NCBI GenBank assembly: GCA_001179505.1
Contig: CDMY01000022.1
Span: forward strand, 1 to 64,000
Origin: Vitrella brassicaformis CCMP3155
Taxonomy: Eukaryota > Protista > Chromerida
DNA length: 64,000 bases
Direction: 5' to 3'
Part shown: piece after piece, positions 27,465 to 40,928 of the stretch
Layout: the number at the start of each line of letters is the position of its first letter
How positions within the stretch are numbered: the first letter of the stretch is position 1
Position numbers and translations under genes: made by a program
The notes under the pieces: model-generated
What the model was told of the DNA's origin: nothing
What the model saw: the letters and a program-made list of their open reading frames with translations, nothing else
The model's database searches: none

Positions 27465-30373
27465 AACCATCCCTGCAGACGTGTGTGTGGGTGTGGGTGG
27501 GGTGGCGCGGGGTGAGGTGGGTTTGGTGACCAACCAACCTTGACAATGGTGTTGAACGAGGCCACGTCCAAGAATCGGCGGTCCAACATCTCGCCTACCA
27601 AAGACACCACCCTATATGACACACACAAGACACACACACACACACACACATACAGACGGGACTGACTTTGCCCGGCGAACGGTTCGCTCACTGGTTGAAG
27701 TCTCCGCTGTCGACGCAGGTGTTGAGAGCAACGTTGTACATGAGCGCGTTCGGCACCACATGAGGGCACTCCACCAGCCGCCGGAACACCTCCATTGCGC
27801 GGGGGAGCTTGCCGGCCGCCCCATAGGCTCTGATGAGGGTGAGGTGCAGCGTCACGTGGACGTTGCCCTCGTCCTCGCCACACCTGACGAGCAGGACCCA
27901 CACACAGGCATACCATACACACACAGGGAGAGAGGGAGAGAGAGATAATGGGTGTGCGTGTCTGCCATTGGATGGATGGACGCACTAACCCGTTTAGTAT
28001 GTTGGCTGCGATGTCGACTTGGTGTGCGCGAATGGCTGCGTCGAAGACGGGGCGGAGGTACAGCTGCGGCAGCGTCAGGCCGTCGGTCCGCATCTGGTGC
28101 AGCAGACCCTCTAAGGACGACCACATGCCGCCGCCTACCATCATCTACAACACACCACACCCACATAAGGCAATCTATCTGGATGGGTCGATGGGTCTTT
28201 CATCTTGGGTCTTGTTGTTTCTCACCTTGGCAATGGTCCCATACGCCCTGGAGAGGGCCTCGCGCACCGCTTGTGGCATCTGCTGCTGCGGCTGCAGCCC
28301 CCCCCACCCCACCCTCTCTATGTGTGTCTCCCTGCGATACCTGTCCAGTACCTCGGTCGCCCAGCCCACGTCTGAGGCCCCCTCGCACCCCGCCAGCAGC
28401 CGATTCACTAGCTGCTCCGTCAGCAAGCGACCCTCCTGGTGCTGCTGTTGGTGGTGGTGATGGCGATGGCGGCTGTCGATGGTCCTGGCCAGATACTCCC
28501 AGACCTTGCGCATGGCGGCGGGGCCGTCACCTAACACGCGGCTGAGCACCATGAACAGCTGTGGCCGGAGGTCCTGCGGCCGTTCGTGCACCAGACGGGC
28601 CGCGAAGGCCTCGATCTTGGTCAGCAAGGGCACCGGCCGTGTGTGGGGGTGATGAGGGTGTGGCATAATGGTGGCATTGTTGTTGCTGGTATCGCCATCG
28701 GCGCGATCGTGCTGCTGCTGGTGGTGCTGGTGCTGGTGCTGGTGCTGGTAGTGGCCATCACCGGTCGTCGGGGTCATGGGCCTGCTGCCTGTGTTCGGGG
28801 TGGGTGAGAGGCTGTTGTTGGGTGCGGGTGGTGTGGGTGCGGCGGTTGTGGGTGGGGTCGATGTGGGCGGTGTGGGGATGGGCGATGGTGAGGCCTTTGG
28901 TGAAGGGGAGAGGGAGAAGGGCTGCGTCGTGTGCAGGTGCTGCGGGAAGGTCACCAGGTGGCGAAGAACCACGTCGAGCCCGTCAACAGGCAACTGCACA
29001 TGCACTCCAAACACACACTTTCTGACCTTCCCCTCCCCCTCCCTCCCTCCCTCCCTCCGTCCCTCCTCTCTGTCTTATCTCTGTACCTTGAGTGGCCAGT
29101 GCATCAGTTCCAGTGCCTTGACGGCAATGTCCAGCCGGCTGGCCCGACACGCCGCATGGCACAGCTCCCCCACGTCCGCACCCAACACCACCGTCTTGCC
29201 ATCGGCAGTGCTCATTGTCATGCCACCGTGATCGTCCCCCTCCGTCTGCGTGTCGTTGCCATGGTGTCGGGAGACGGTCCAGGCCAGAAGGGTGAGGGCG
29301 GTCTCGAGCTGGTCCGATTGGATGGCCAGCCGATACAGCACCGTCAGCAGGGGCGTGTTGAGACAAGCCGGGGGCGTGCTGATGATCCTCTCGGTGGTGC
29401 CGGTGGTCGTGATGGCCTCGCTCGTCGCCGTCATGACAGCGCGCAGCAGGCAGTCTTCGCGGAATGGCCTTGAGCAGAAGTTCTGGGTGAATGGGTGTTG
29501 GGAGAAGGAGACGGTGAGGGCGATCTCGCCGCTTTTGGACAGATCCAGCAGCAGGTAACGCAGCACCGCGCGGCACCACTGACGCACCGCCGTCGTGCCC
29601 GCCGCGGTCGGCGGGACGTATGTGTGTGTGCCCGTCCCCGTGCTCGTGCTCGTGGCCGTGTTGGTGGCGAAGTTGAGGAATGAGGCCATCTCGTCGGCAA
29701 CGCGCGTGGCGTCGTTGTAGTGGCGCGCGAGTGTGAGGGCTATGCGTGCCAGGGGGACGGCCTTGAGGGCAGGGGGGTCGACAACGCCGTCGCACAGACC
29801 GATGCCCGACGGGCATGGCGAGTACGGGGCGTCCTTGCCGTGTGTGGCGGCCGCCACGGCCGCGGGGTAGATGTGCTGCCACATTTCGCACACCTCGGCG
29901 TCGGTGTGACCGGGCTCGACGAGCTGCAGCAGCAGCCGGCAGGTGGACGGATGGGGTTGGGGATGGGGAGGGGGAGGGGGAGGGGGAGGGGGGTGGCTCT
30001 CCTGCTGCTGTGGCGGTGTGATGCTGGTGTTGGTGTTGATGGTGCTGGTGCTGGTAGTGGCGTTGGGCAGCTGACGGGATGGCCGTGTATTGTTGTTTGT
30101 CTTGCTGTTGGTCTTGTTGGCCACAGTGTTTGTGTTTCGCCAACCCATCTGCCGCCCCCGTCTGCGGCGGCAGCCCGTGAGGACGTTGGGGATGAGGAAG
30201 AAGGCGAGTGCCAGGAGGAGCATGATCACACACTCCTCGGCGATAGTGACGAGCGTGTTGGCGCCAAGCTGCATGTAGCTGGACACCGGGTGGCCGCCGT
30301 GGAACAGCACCATAGAAGATGGGCAGATAAAGAAGATGAGAAACAGATGGACGGACGGACGGATGGGCCGCAA
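23557..30373 (-). CDS. Large pentatricopeptide-repeat (PPR) protein with N-terminal hydrophobic anchor
   Basis: Repeated PPR-like units: LIRAYGAAGKLPRAMEVFRRL..PNALMYNVALNTCVDSG, DVASFNTIVK, RPNRVTYNTLL, IYGALIRGYGRLGAMGRVWELWREL, LYCTVLKGLAQAHKIDDA, DEHTYNAV, PPTNRTL, LYSVLLKGCL. Start uncertain (30373, 30313 or 30274). Confidence 0.88.
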
Positions 30374-30918
30374 GATGGGCCGCAGACACGCCTTTCAGCC
30401 GAGGAGATGACCGGGCATCAAGGCATCACACGCATCAATCAATCAGCTTCCGCGCAGCGCGGCGAATCCACCACCCGCCCGTCGCCACACGACCCTGCGC
30501 ACCGCACACATCACAGCATCAACCAAGTTGACCCCACACCGACAGAGCCAGATTCATCCATGGAATTCATCCGACGGTGGGTGGGTGTGGTCCCACAGAC
30601 TTGTGTGGTCGCGTGTGTGGTCGCCGTTCCTGCCTCCATGGATCTCTCTGTCCTCTGGTGGGCCTTACTTCGCTTACTGGGTCGGTGCCACGCGTAGAGC
30701 GATGGATGGATGGATGGTGGAAGTTGGGGATGATCACAGCCGTTCCTCTCAGGCCCTTGAACACATGCAGGCTGAAGAGGAACGGCTCGAAGCGCGAGCA
30801 GTTTCACGAACAGCTCGAAAGCCTTTCGTGGTCCTTGGCGCGGTAATCGTTTCCCCGGGCGGCACTCAACCGACAAGTTGTAGATCTGGCCAGATCTGTG
30901 CGTTGTCAGTCATCGGCG

Positions 30919-33579
30919 ATGAATGGGACGGAGGGGTGTGGCTCGGGCATCCCCGACATAGCCCGCCAGGCTCGTGCCGCCGCCCAGCAGCTGGCGGGCC
31001 TCTCGACTGAAGCCAAGAACGACGCGCTGCGCCTGTTCAAGGAGGAGCTCGTCAAGCAGAGGGTGAGTCACAGGACACAACACAACACATCTACTCAGAT
31101 GGATGGATGTGCGGGTGTGTGTGCAGGGGCTGATACAGGCGGCGAATGCTGCCGACAAGCGCGAGGGCGAGGCGGCTGTGAGTGCGGGTGCGATGGCTCC
31201 GTCACTGGTGAAGCGGCTGGACTGCAGCGGGGCCAAGTTCGAGACCCTCCTCAAGGGCATCGACGACATCATCGGACTCCCAGACCCCGTAAGTGTGTTT
31301 ATGTGTGTGTGTGTGTGCATCTGTATTTATGAGTGTGTGTGTGGTGTGTGGATGCAACGCAGGTGGGTCGGTGTGAGCTGTCGACTCAGCTGGCCGACGG
31401 CCTGGACCTCTATCGCGTCACCTGCCCCATCGGTAGGTCGGTGGAAGTGGGACTGCGCTGGATGCGGTGTGGACTGTTTCTGTGTGTGCATGTTCGTGTG
31501 TGTGCAGGGGTGCTGGCCATCATCTTCGAGTCTCGTCCCGAGGCAGCGGTGAGCAGAGCGCCGACACAGCACACTCATAGACGGAGCCGTGACGACACCA
31601 CCAGCCATGTTTGTGTGTTGAGATGGCCTGATGGCTGGATGGCTGTGCAGGTGCAGATATCGTCCCTGGCCCTCAAGTCGGGGAATGCGCTCATTCTCAA
31701 GGGCGGCAAGGTGGGTGGGTGGGTGGGTGGGGGGGGTGACGCATTCATTACCATACCAACACCCTGTCAATCATCTCTGGGTGTTGTTGTGCAGGAGGCC
31801 ATGCGCTCGAACCGTGCGCTCTATGACGCGCTTGCAGCCGCGCTGAAAAGAGCACCAGGCAAGACACCACCACCACCACCACGTGTCGCTTCCTGGCCTT
31901 GACGGACTCCCTCCTCTGTGTGTGTGTGTCAGGTGTTCCCGCGACGTCGGTGCAGCTGGTTGACACCCGTGAGGAGGTGACATCTTTGCTGCAGTGCGAC
32001 AAGGACATCGACCTCGTTATTCCCAGAGGTAGGTCAGCCAGCCAGCCAGCCAGCCAGCCAGGTCGTCGATCGTCTGATGAATGATGGATGGATGGATGGA
32101 TGTGGGTGTGTGTCGGTGTGTGTCGGTGTGTGTCGGTGTGTGTGTGTGTGTGTGTGTGCAGGTTCGAATGCGTTGGTCCGGTCCATCAAGGACAGCACCC
32201 GGATTCCCGTGTTAGGTAGGTCGGTGGCTCGAATGACCGCATCCCTATTGATCGATCCACTTTGTCACTCGCTCACCCCAGGCCATGCCGACGGCCTCTG
32301 TGCCGTCTATGTGGACGAGGAGTGCGACCTGCAACAGGTGCGCCTGGCGCGTGGCGAGCGGCCTGTGGCCTGTGAATCCTTTGTTCTGTACCTTGGTTGG
32401 TCCGTTCTCTCAGGCGGTGTCGATAGTGGAGGACTCCAAGATGAACTACTGCTCCGCGTGCAACGCACTCGAAACCCTCCTCGTGCACCAAAAGGTCAGC
32501 CAGTCAGCCGGCCAGGGCAGTCATCATCCCACTCGCTCAGCGAGCGACACCGCAGCAGATGAGGCATCGGTGTGTGTGTGGATGGGTGGGTGCAGGTGGC
32601 TGCCTCGTTTCTGCCTTTGCTGTCGGAGCGCCTGGCTGCCCACAGTGTGCAGTACAAGGCCGACACGCGCAGCCTCCCACACCTGTCGGCGCAGTGCACG
32701 CAGCCCGCCACACAAGAAGACTTCCAGTGAGCGAGCCGGCCACCAAGCAAGCAACTGACACCCACTCACTATACCTGTGTGTGTGTGTCTTTGTTTGTCG
32801 AAAGCACTGAGTTTCTGGAGCCGACGATGGCCGTCAAGGTGGTCGACAGTGCACAGGTAAGCGAGGGAGGGAGGGTGGGCGGGAGATGTTGTGTTTGTGT
32901 GTGTGGTGTGATGGTAGGAGGCGATAGGGCACATTAATGCGCACGGGTCGCACCACACGGACTGCATAGTCACCAGCAACTCACAGACAGCAGAGACCTT
33001 CCTGCAGTTCGTCGACTCGGCCGGTATGACTGACACATGAGCACCTGGACACACACACACACACACACATACCCACATACACACAGATGGTGTGGGCGGG
33101 CACGGTGCGGTGCGGTGCAGGTGTCTATCACAATGCCTCCACTCGCTTCGCTGACGGATTCAGGTGCGTGTGTGTGGGTGTGGGTGTGAGTGTGTGTGCC
33201 CATTTGTGTGTTCTTCTGTCTGTGTGTCTGACCTTTGTGCGGTTTGCCCGTCTTGATGCGATCGATGCAGGTATGGCTTCGGCGCTGAGGTCGGCATATC
33301 GACCAACCGCATCCACTCCCGCGGACCAGTGGGCCTCGAAGGGCTCGTCATACACAAATACAGGTGGGTGGGGCACTGATCTGCCCTAGCACCCAACGAA
33401 CAGACAGACAAAGACGCCTGCTCTCCTCTGTGTGTGTGTGTGTGTGTGTGTGTGTCAGGCTGTATGGGAGGGGCCACGTCGTGGGGGAGGTCGGCAAGAA
33501 GTATGGCTTCACCCACGTGCACCGGGACCCGCGAGACACCCCGACCGTCGACAGTATCCAGACTCGGCAGCACCCCTGA
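30919..33579 (+). CDS. proA: Gamma-glutamyl phosphate reductase (glutamate-5-semialdehyde dehydrogenase), stand-alone
   Basis: CPIG|[25 protein letters not shown]|[10 protein letters not shown]|[55 protein letters not shown]|[25 protein letters not shown]. About 15 exons. Confidence 0.96.
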
Positions 33580-34181
33580 CTGACTGATTGATTAATGTGG
33601 CCGGTGCTGATGTGTGTGAGCGTGTGGACGAGGGTGTGGTGTCTGTCATTTGTTTACGTGTCGAGGTGGCGCCGTGGTCGAGCCACAGCTGATGTGGGGA
33701 ACAACGTACCAATTGAGAGAGAGAGAGAAAGCGAAATGGTCTGTCACCAAGACATTGACACATTCCCTGTCAGGCAGAGAGGGAGGCAACGCCACACATA
33801 ATTCGACCGGCGTCCATGTGCCATCGCCATACATCGTCAATCACAGTCGCGATGTGCAACACACACTGCGGACCACAGACAGACAGACAGAGAGGGAGAG
33901 GGTTCAGCAGAGAGAGAGAGGGAGGGAGGGAGGGAGAGACAGCTCCGCTCCCATTTACCCGAACCACAGCAAGTGACAGACAGAAAGGCAGCTAGAGGCG
34001 GTGCTATGATACACATCAGGCCACCCCCACCCACCTCGCCCTCCACACCTCAATCAAAGCAGACGCACATATTACCCACACCCTCTCCCTCAGAGTAGCA
34101 GTGAGGTGAGTGGTACCTCTGCACCCACCCAGCGGCAGAGCCGTGCGCTCATGACTCAGCTGACACACGTCTGCCATTTGT

Positions 34182-34986
34182 TTACGTGCCGTAGCGGCGA
34201 CGTAGTCTGAACACAGCAACAGCGCTTAGAGAGCCATGACAAACAAACCGCCACATGCCCTGCTGGCAGTGCGCGGCCTCCGTCCTTGCGCTCATGGGCG
34301 CCGCTTTCGCCATTTTCTTCATGGCTGTCTTGGACTTCTCCGGCTGGTCCTTTGCGAAAATCCTCTGGGCCTTCTTCACGTCCCTCCGATAGTCCTTGCC
34401 GCCCATCCCAAACGACGAAAGGATTCCTGCAATGAATGGCAGCTAGGATGCCCCCGTCTTGACCTGCCGTCGTTGGTAGACCTGCCGTCGTTGGTAGGGC
34501 CCCACTTCCTCCTGCAACACGACTCTAGCAGCAATCTGGTCGGCCGTTTCTCTACCCCTCGCAGAAGCCGGACTGCTGGCGAGACCCACGCCAAGACCCC
34601 CGGTACGTTCTGACCGGGCCACAGCCATCCACAGACAGCGTTGTGTCGTTCCTTTACGTGCACACTCACTCACCTGCGAAGCTCACATCGAAAGTCACAT
34701 CGATTTGGTTGTCGTAGCTGCCGCGCTGTTGGTAGTCCTCCCACCTCACATGGTAGTCGTCGGCCGTCTTGCCAATCAGCTCAGGAAAAGGGAGGCTCCA
34801 CCTGTCTGCCAGCTGCGTCGCAATTGCCTCCCTGAGGTCTTCTCCAGACGCAACGCGGGCGAGGCGGTCGGGGGGGACGAAGAACGGAAATTGAGTGCGC
34901 TGAGTGCGCCCTCTGAAGAAGAACCACTTGCCTGACTGCTGGTTTGAGTTAACGTTGTCTCTCTCTCCTGACTGCTGGTTTCCCAT
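34182..34986 (-). CDS. Small hypothetical protein with N-myristoylation-type start (MGNQQS)
   Basis: Exon 1 34986-34677 (MGNQQSGERDNVNSNQQSGKWFFFRG...FDVSFA) with a GTGAGT donor. Splices in phase to either GILSSFGMGGKDYRRDVKK (~34428) or ERTGGLG (~34613). 3' end uncertain. Confidence 0.55.
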
Positions 34987-35080
34987 TCCCTTTTATTCTG
35001 CGACGCGACTATTATTCTCGTACTGCGAGCTTATGCAGAAACCACGTCGTGTGAGGCAATTGAAGTGAAGTGAGGCAGCT
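34987..35080. promoter_or_regulatory. Putative 94-bp bidirectional promoter/5' UTR spacer
   Basis: Microsatellite-free, less GC-rich spacer between divergent ATGs at 34986 (-) and 35081 (+). Positional inference only. Confidence 0.45.
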
Positions 35081-37580
35081 ATGGACGAGGAGGAGCTGGA
35101 GTATGCGTTGCTGCAGAAGGGCGAGGTGTTCGTCTACAAAATACCGCCCAGGCCGTCTGTGGGACACAGGTGGGATGGGATGGGGTGGGGTGGGGTGGAC
35201 AGAGCAGAACAGAGCGGAGGGCAGGGCAGGGCGGGGCAGGCCAGGCCAGGACAGCAAACACAACAAACACACCTGTGTGGTTTCATTCCCTCCCTCCCTC
35301 CCTCCCTGTCTGCCTGCCTGCTTGCCTTTGTGTGTGTGTTCATGTCATTGTGTGCGTGCCCTGCCCTCTTTCTGTCTGTGTATATGTATGTCATGTCATC
35401 AGGGCTGAGGATTGGAAGAATCCAATATGGCAGGGGAAGCTGCAGATTGTGGCCAAGGGCGACAGATGCACAGTCAAACTCGTCGACAGAAGCTCTGGTA
35501 AGTGACGAGGGAGGGAGGGATGGGCATGGCCACGCTCACTCAGACAGACAGACAGACAGAGAGGGCAGCCTGGGCTGAAAGAGTCCATCCACACCCGCCC
35601 ACCCATCCATCCATCCATCCACTTGTCCATTCGTCCGTTGATCCACTAACAACAGGTCAGCTGTTTGCGATGTGTCCGGTGCCCGAGAACTACGAGGAGG
35701 CCATCGAACGAAGTCAGTGAAGCAATCAAATGACAATCAATCAACCAACGACCCACACGACACTCGTCCATCATATGGTGTGTGCTGTGCTGTGCTGTGG
35801 TTGTGTGTGTGTTCTGGTGGGTGGGTGGGTGCAGCCGTCGACAGCTCGCGCTACTTCGCCCTCCGGATCGATGACGGCAAGGGTAGGCGAAAGAGCACAC
35901 CACAACATGCACACCGTTCTCGATGGTGCGTGGCTGTATGTGTGTGAGCATGTGTGTGTCAGGTCGTCACGCTTACATCGGTATGGGGTTTGAGGACCGC
36001 AACGACGCCTTCGACTTCAACGCAACACTCAACGACTTCGCAAGGTCCGTCATTCTGTGCTGTGCGTGTCTGTGTGGGTTCCGTCTTCGACTGAGGCTGA
36101 CGCGCAATGGCTGTGCTTTAATCGTGTTCGTTCAGGCGTCGTGAGGTGGAGCGAGAGGAGGCGAGTCGGCCGGCCCTTGCCGACCTGCCGCAGAGGGACT
36201 TCAGACTGCAGGAAGGTGCGTGTGTCTGTGTGTCTGTGTGGCATACACATACTTAGACAGACGCACACAGACATACAGAGGCAGATCAGATGTGCAAGAG
36301 AGACAGAGGAGACGACTGGATGGATGGATGGATGTGTGTGTGCAGGTCAGAAGATCAAGGTCGAGATCAAGGGGGTGAGGGGCAAGTCACGGTAAGCATC
36401 AAAGCACCACCACAGCAGGAGGGAAACGAAGGAAGCCATCCATCCACCTATCTATCCATCCATCCATCCGTCCACGTCTGTCTGTCTGTCTGTGAAGGCG
36501 CAAGGACCACCACGAGGGCAGCCAAGGCGGCGCGGGCATCGCCGCGCCACTCATGCCACCGCCACCCGCAGGACACACAGGTGCCCCTCCACACACATAA
36601 CACACCACACCCTATCCAACCCACCCCACTCTGCCTTCGTTTCTCGTCCCATCAGGTCCGGCCACCCGCTCTCGTCGCCACAACTCCCCCTCCTCACCGC
36701 AGCTCGACGCACAACACCCGCCACAGCCACCACCACAGCAACAGCAGCAGCAGCAGCAGCAACAGCAATATCAGCAACAACAGCAGTTCCAGCCACAGCA
36801 ATACCAGCAGCAGCAGCAGCCAGTCCCTACAGCGACGTACCAGGGCCACATGCCCAAGCAGCACCCGCTGCAGACGCCATACCAGCAAAACGTGAGCGTG
36901 CCGGGCGGCGGGATGCCCTCATACCCACAGCCACAGCCACAGCCCCACCAGCCGCCACCACAGCAGCAACCACAGAAGCAAGCACCACCACCACAATCTG
37001 CCACAGTGGTAAGCAAATTTGCATCCGGGGAGGCCAAGAGAGATGGGGTGGATGGATGGATTGGATGGATTCTGTGTGGCGTGCCGGTCAGGATCTGCTC
37101 GATTTGGAGTTCAGCGACTTCCAGACGGCATCGGTCGCCACTCCCGCCCAGCCACAGCCAACACAACAGGCGCAAGCACAGCCACCGGCCCCTGCGGTAG
37201 GTCAGCCATATGGCGGCTATGCGCAGCAGCAGGCGCCTGCTGCTGCTCCCGTGGCGCCACAACCGGCGTACGGCTCTGGTGTTGTGGGTGGGTATGGTGG
37301 TGGTGGTGGCCAGCCGATGGTTCCTCAGCAGCAGGGAATCCAGTACGGCAACAACACACATGCACCGGCACCAGCACCAGCACATGGACAGATGGCGGGC
37401 AATGTGATGCCTCCTCCTCCTCCCATGAGTCAGCCGCAGCAAGGCAACTACCAGCAGCAGCAGCAGGGGCCGCCCATGGGTGGGATGCAGGGGATGGTGC
37501 AGCAGTATGGGCAGCAGCCACCGCCGGCCGCCAGTGGTGCAATCGCGCAGCAAAGCCAGCCACCGAAACACCAGAGGTGA
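35081..37580 (+). CDS. NECAP: Adaptin ear-binding coat-associated protein (NECAP/PHear) with Q/P-rich tail
   Basis: EVFVYKIPPRPSVGH|RAEDWK.PIWQGKLQIV, GQLFAMCPV, VDSSRYFALRIDDG, GRHAYIGMGFEDRNDAFDFNATL. 3' end approximate. Confidence 0.93.
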
Positions 37581-38121
37581 GTGAGATCCGCTTCAGGCAG
37601 GCAGGCAAACAGACAGACCTCGGTCTGCTGTATGCATATGCAGCAATTTTGACGAGTTCGATCTGCTGGGGTGATGTGACTGACTGGAGTGAGTCATCGA
37701 TCCATCGACCGACCGACCGTTGCAGTGAGATTGGGGGAGGCCGCCATCACGGTGGCAGTGAGTATGTGAGACAACGAACGGCTGGAGAGGGGAGGGGAGG
37801 TGCTGGGTCTCGAGAGGAAACCACCATATATATAATGTGGCTGGCTGCATGAGTGGAGTGAATTGAGTGCATGTCGTGTGTGTACATGCACGAGGGACAG
37901 ATAACTGACTGATTGACACTGTTTAAACCGGCATCGGTGACGGCCTGATGGGTGCGGGTGAGGCGGACGACCCGATAGTGCTAGAACGAGCTTTTAGCTC
38001 TCTCTACAGCTAAAAGCTTATTCAATAACTATCGGGTTGTTTACCTCACCCGAACGCATCGAAAACACATGAATGCGAGCTTGCCTGGCTTGTGCCTGGC
38101 AAAGATCTCTCATCTGCCGCG

Positions 38122-39907
38122 ATGCAGCGAGTGAGATATAGGCTTCTTGGTTCGGGCGGGAGCCGCTTTGTTCATCGGCTTGGCGTTTCTCAGTTCTTCT
38201 CTTTCTCGACCTCATCAGCAGCGTACTCATCAGGACAGCTGACCGTCCTGACGGCGTGGAGCAACGACACAGACAGGCACAGAGCAGGTACCCTACAACG
38301 TCATCTCGCATTGTGGATGGATGGATGGATGGATGGTGTGTTCAGTGGCGGAGATCGCCCGCAGGCATCTGTCGGCCATCGAGCAGCGGCAGAGGCAGCG
38401 TGATGCCGATTCGCAGATCTGCTGGCTGTGGTTCTACGATGACAGGCCGGCCCACAACAACAACAGCAACAGCAACAGCAGCAGCTCGGCCACACACCTG
38501 GTTGAGCACACGGCTGCCCGCAGGGACGACCTGAGTCTGGCTTTCCAGACGCCATGCCTTGACGAGACGCCCTACACAAGCTGCTCGCTCATCATTGCGC
38601 CGTCCATCAGGGTGCGTGAGCGAGGCCCGTGGGAAAGACACACAAAGGTGCATGTGTTGTGTGTTGTGTGTGCTGTGTGTGCTGTGTGTGGACAGTTTTT
38701 CAGCACTCCTGACGAGTCCTTCCCATCAGAGGTGCAGCCCACATGGATGAGCGAGTCGGGGGGGATATTCCTGTGTCTGGGCTCAAGGACCTCCAACGCC
38801 TACGCCCTCTACCGGCGCTTCTCGGGGCTATTCCACCGCACCGCGGGCATCCTGCTGCACACCTCCTCCCCCACATACGCCCTCTCCCTCCCCCAGCACA
38901 CCCACACCGACACGAAAGACGCCTCCAACGGTGCGGCGGGGCTCTTCATCTTCGCCATCGACCGGCCCGACGACCACCACGCCGACGCCTTCCCGGTGCT
39001 GGCATACCGCAATCGCTTTGACCCGATCCAGATCCACTCGTCATTTGCGCGGCGCTTCTTCTTGCCCGAGAGGCTGGCTGAGTTTGCGGAGAAGCGCGCG
39101 ACGAGGATTGTGTCTGTGGACGAGGAGGAGAAGGGCCGGGCGGCGGTGACCTCTGCGGTGCGGCTGAATGCGTTCAAGCCGGAGCCCCCGACTGTGGCTG
39201 ACGGCCAGTTTAAGCGGCTTGAGGGGGTGCCCGTTATGACGTACAATGCGCCGTCATGGCCACAGAAGGAGATTTATCTGACCCTGTTTGAGCCACGGTG
39301 AGTGAGTGAGACCAATACTGAGTCTCGCTTTTGTGTCTTCTGCATCGCACACTGTGGGGATGGGTGGGTGGTTGTCATGTGCAGCTATCGGGTGATGTTC
39401 AAGCACGCCATCGACCGCTGCGGGGGGCTCTTTGGCTTCATCCGAGAGGGCTTCTCGATCGGCTGTCTGGTGGCCATAGAGGGATGGGCCTTCACAACGT
39501 CAGACTACCAGGTCATGCTCAAGGGCACAGCCACACACCGCTTCCTTCTCGGCCGCCGACAGCCCGCCCTCTCCGACGCCCCCGAGAGCTTCGGCCTCTG
39601 CTTCCACGACGTCTGGGTGTACGATGACACCCACAGCGAGGTCGAGAAGCGGCAGCTGGAGGAGCAGGAGTGGGTCAGGCGGGACATCATGCCGTCCATA
39701 AGGGCCAGGGGCATCTCGCTGGCCGAGTACTCCTTCTCTGCCAGGGACGAGAGCAGCGAGCTGGTGCTGGCGTCGACCAGCCTGTCTGCCCGGCTGCAGT
39801 TTGCCGTGCACGGGGACGCGGGCCTGAGCCGGCTCCAAGAGACATCTGTGTTTGCGAGGGACAATTTGCCAGAGGAGGTGGTGGAGAGGAGGGGTGGGAG
39901 CGAGTGA
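38122..39907 (+). CDS. Stand-alone Lon N-terminal (substrate-binding, PUA-like) domain protein, possible mitochondrial leader
   Basis: EIYLTLFEPR|YRVMFKHAIDRCGGLFGF...IGCLVAIE...KGTATHRFLL matches the Lon-N LFEPRY..M...FG...G...RF pattern. No AAA+ or protease motifs. N-terminus is R/S-rich and acid-poor. Confidence 0.75.
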
Positions 39908-40440
39908 GTGAGAAAGAGATGCATTCATGGGTGGGGGAGGGGTGTGGGCGAGAGAATATGCTATATAGCATCGATCCGTGTGTGTCTGTGTGTCTGTGTG
40001 TGTGTGTGTACAGCCTGACAGACAGACAGACTTGCTTGCACCGTGTTGACTGACTGATGGATGGATGGATTGACGCATGGATTGACGCGAGGTGCACGAG
40101 GTGAAGCGTTTGTGGCGACTCAGATCCGTCTGGCCATCCATCAATCGCATCGCCAACATCCATCATGATCGATCACCGCTATCTCAATTGTTCTTCCCAT
40201 ATGCACCAGTCAGCCTAAACCCACCCACGCGGCTAAGCTAGTTGCAGTGTTGTTGTGTGTTTGTTGACTCTCTGTTGGACCTCTGCATGACTATGTATAT
40301 CAACACGCGTGTGGTGGTGATTGATTCGTTGACTCACAGCGCATCGATCATCTCCCTTGCACACCAACACCACTGCGGGCTGCGTCCGAGTAGGGCTCTT
40401 CATGCTTCCCCTCCCACCTGGCCACACACATACAGACGCA

Positions 40441-40473
<33 letters not shown>

Positions 40474-40533
40474 TGTGAGAGAGAGAGTGAGAGAGAGAGA
40501 GAGAAATATAAGTGGTCTGCACTGAGATGTGGC

Positions 40534-40790
40534 TTACTTGCTGCTACTACTGCTGCTCGGCACAGCGATGGCCGTCTGTTCCTGCATTGCCTTGTCATGA
40601 TGCGACTTGTACCCATCCGAAACAAACCTGATGAATGCGCACGAAGAGGACACACAAGAAGCACACACGCACGCATCTGTGGATGCCCTCGACGGTCACG
40701 AAGGCGTGTGATCACATGTTGCTATTGCTGCTGTCTCGTGCAATGAGGTCGACGTCCGGCATTAAGAATCTGATGGATCAAATGACCCAC
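40534..40790 (+). pseudogene. Decayed partial copy of the 5' end of the 40929 ORF
   Basis: Shares tacttgctgcta...gcgatgg..ctgttcc..ttgtcat..gcgacttgta.ccatccg.aacaaacctgatgaatgcgcac...acgcatctgtggat...gctattgc with 40889-41140. Has an early stop (ATG GCC GTC TGT TCC TGC ATT GCC TTG TCA TGA) and indels. Confidence 0.6.
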
Positions 40791-40928
40791 ACGGTCATAT
40801 GACAAACACACACAGCGTCACAGGCGTGACACGGACGGACGGACAGACACGCGCGCACACACACAGAAAGGACGTATGGTTGGTGGGCGTACTTGCTGCT
40901 ATCATTGCTGATCTGATTCAGCCCCGCG

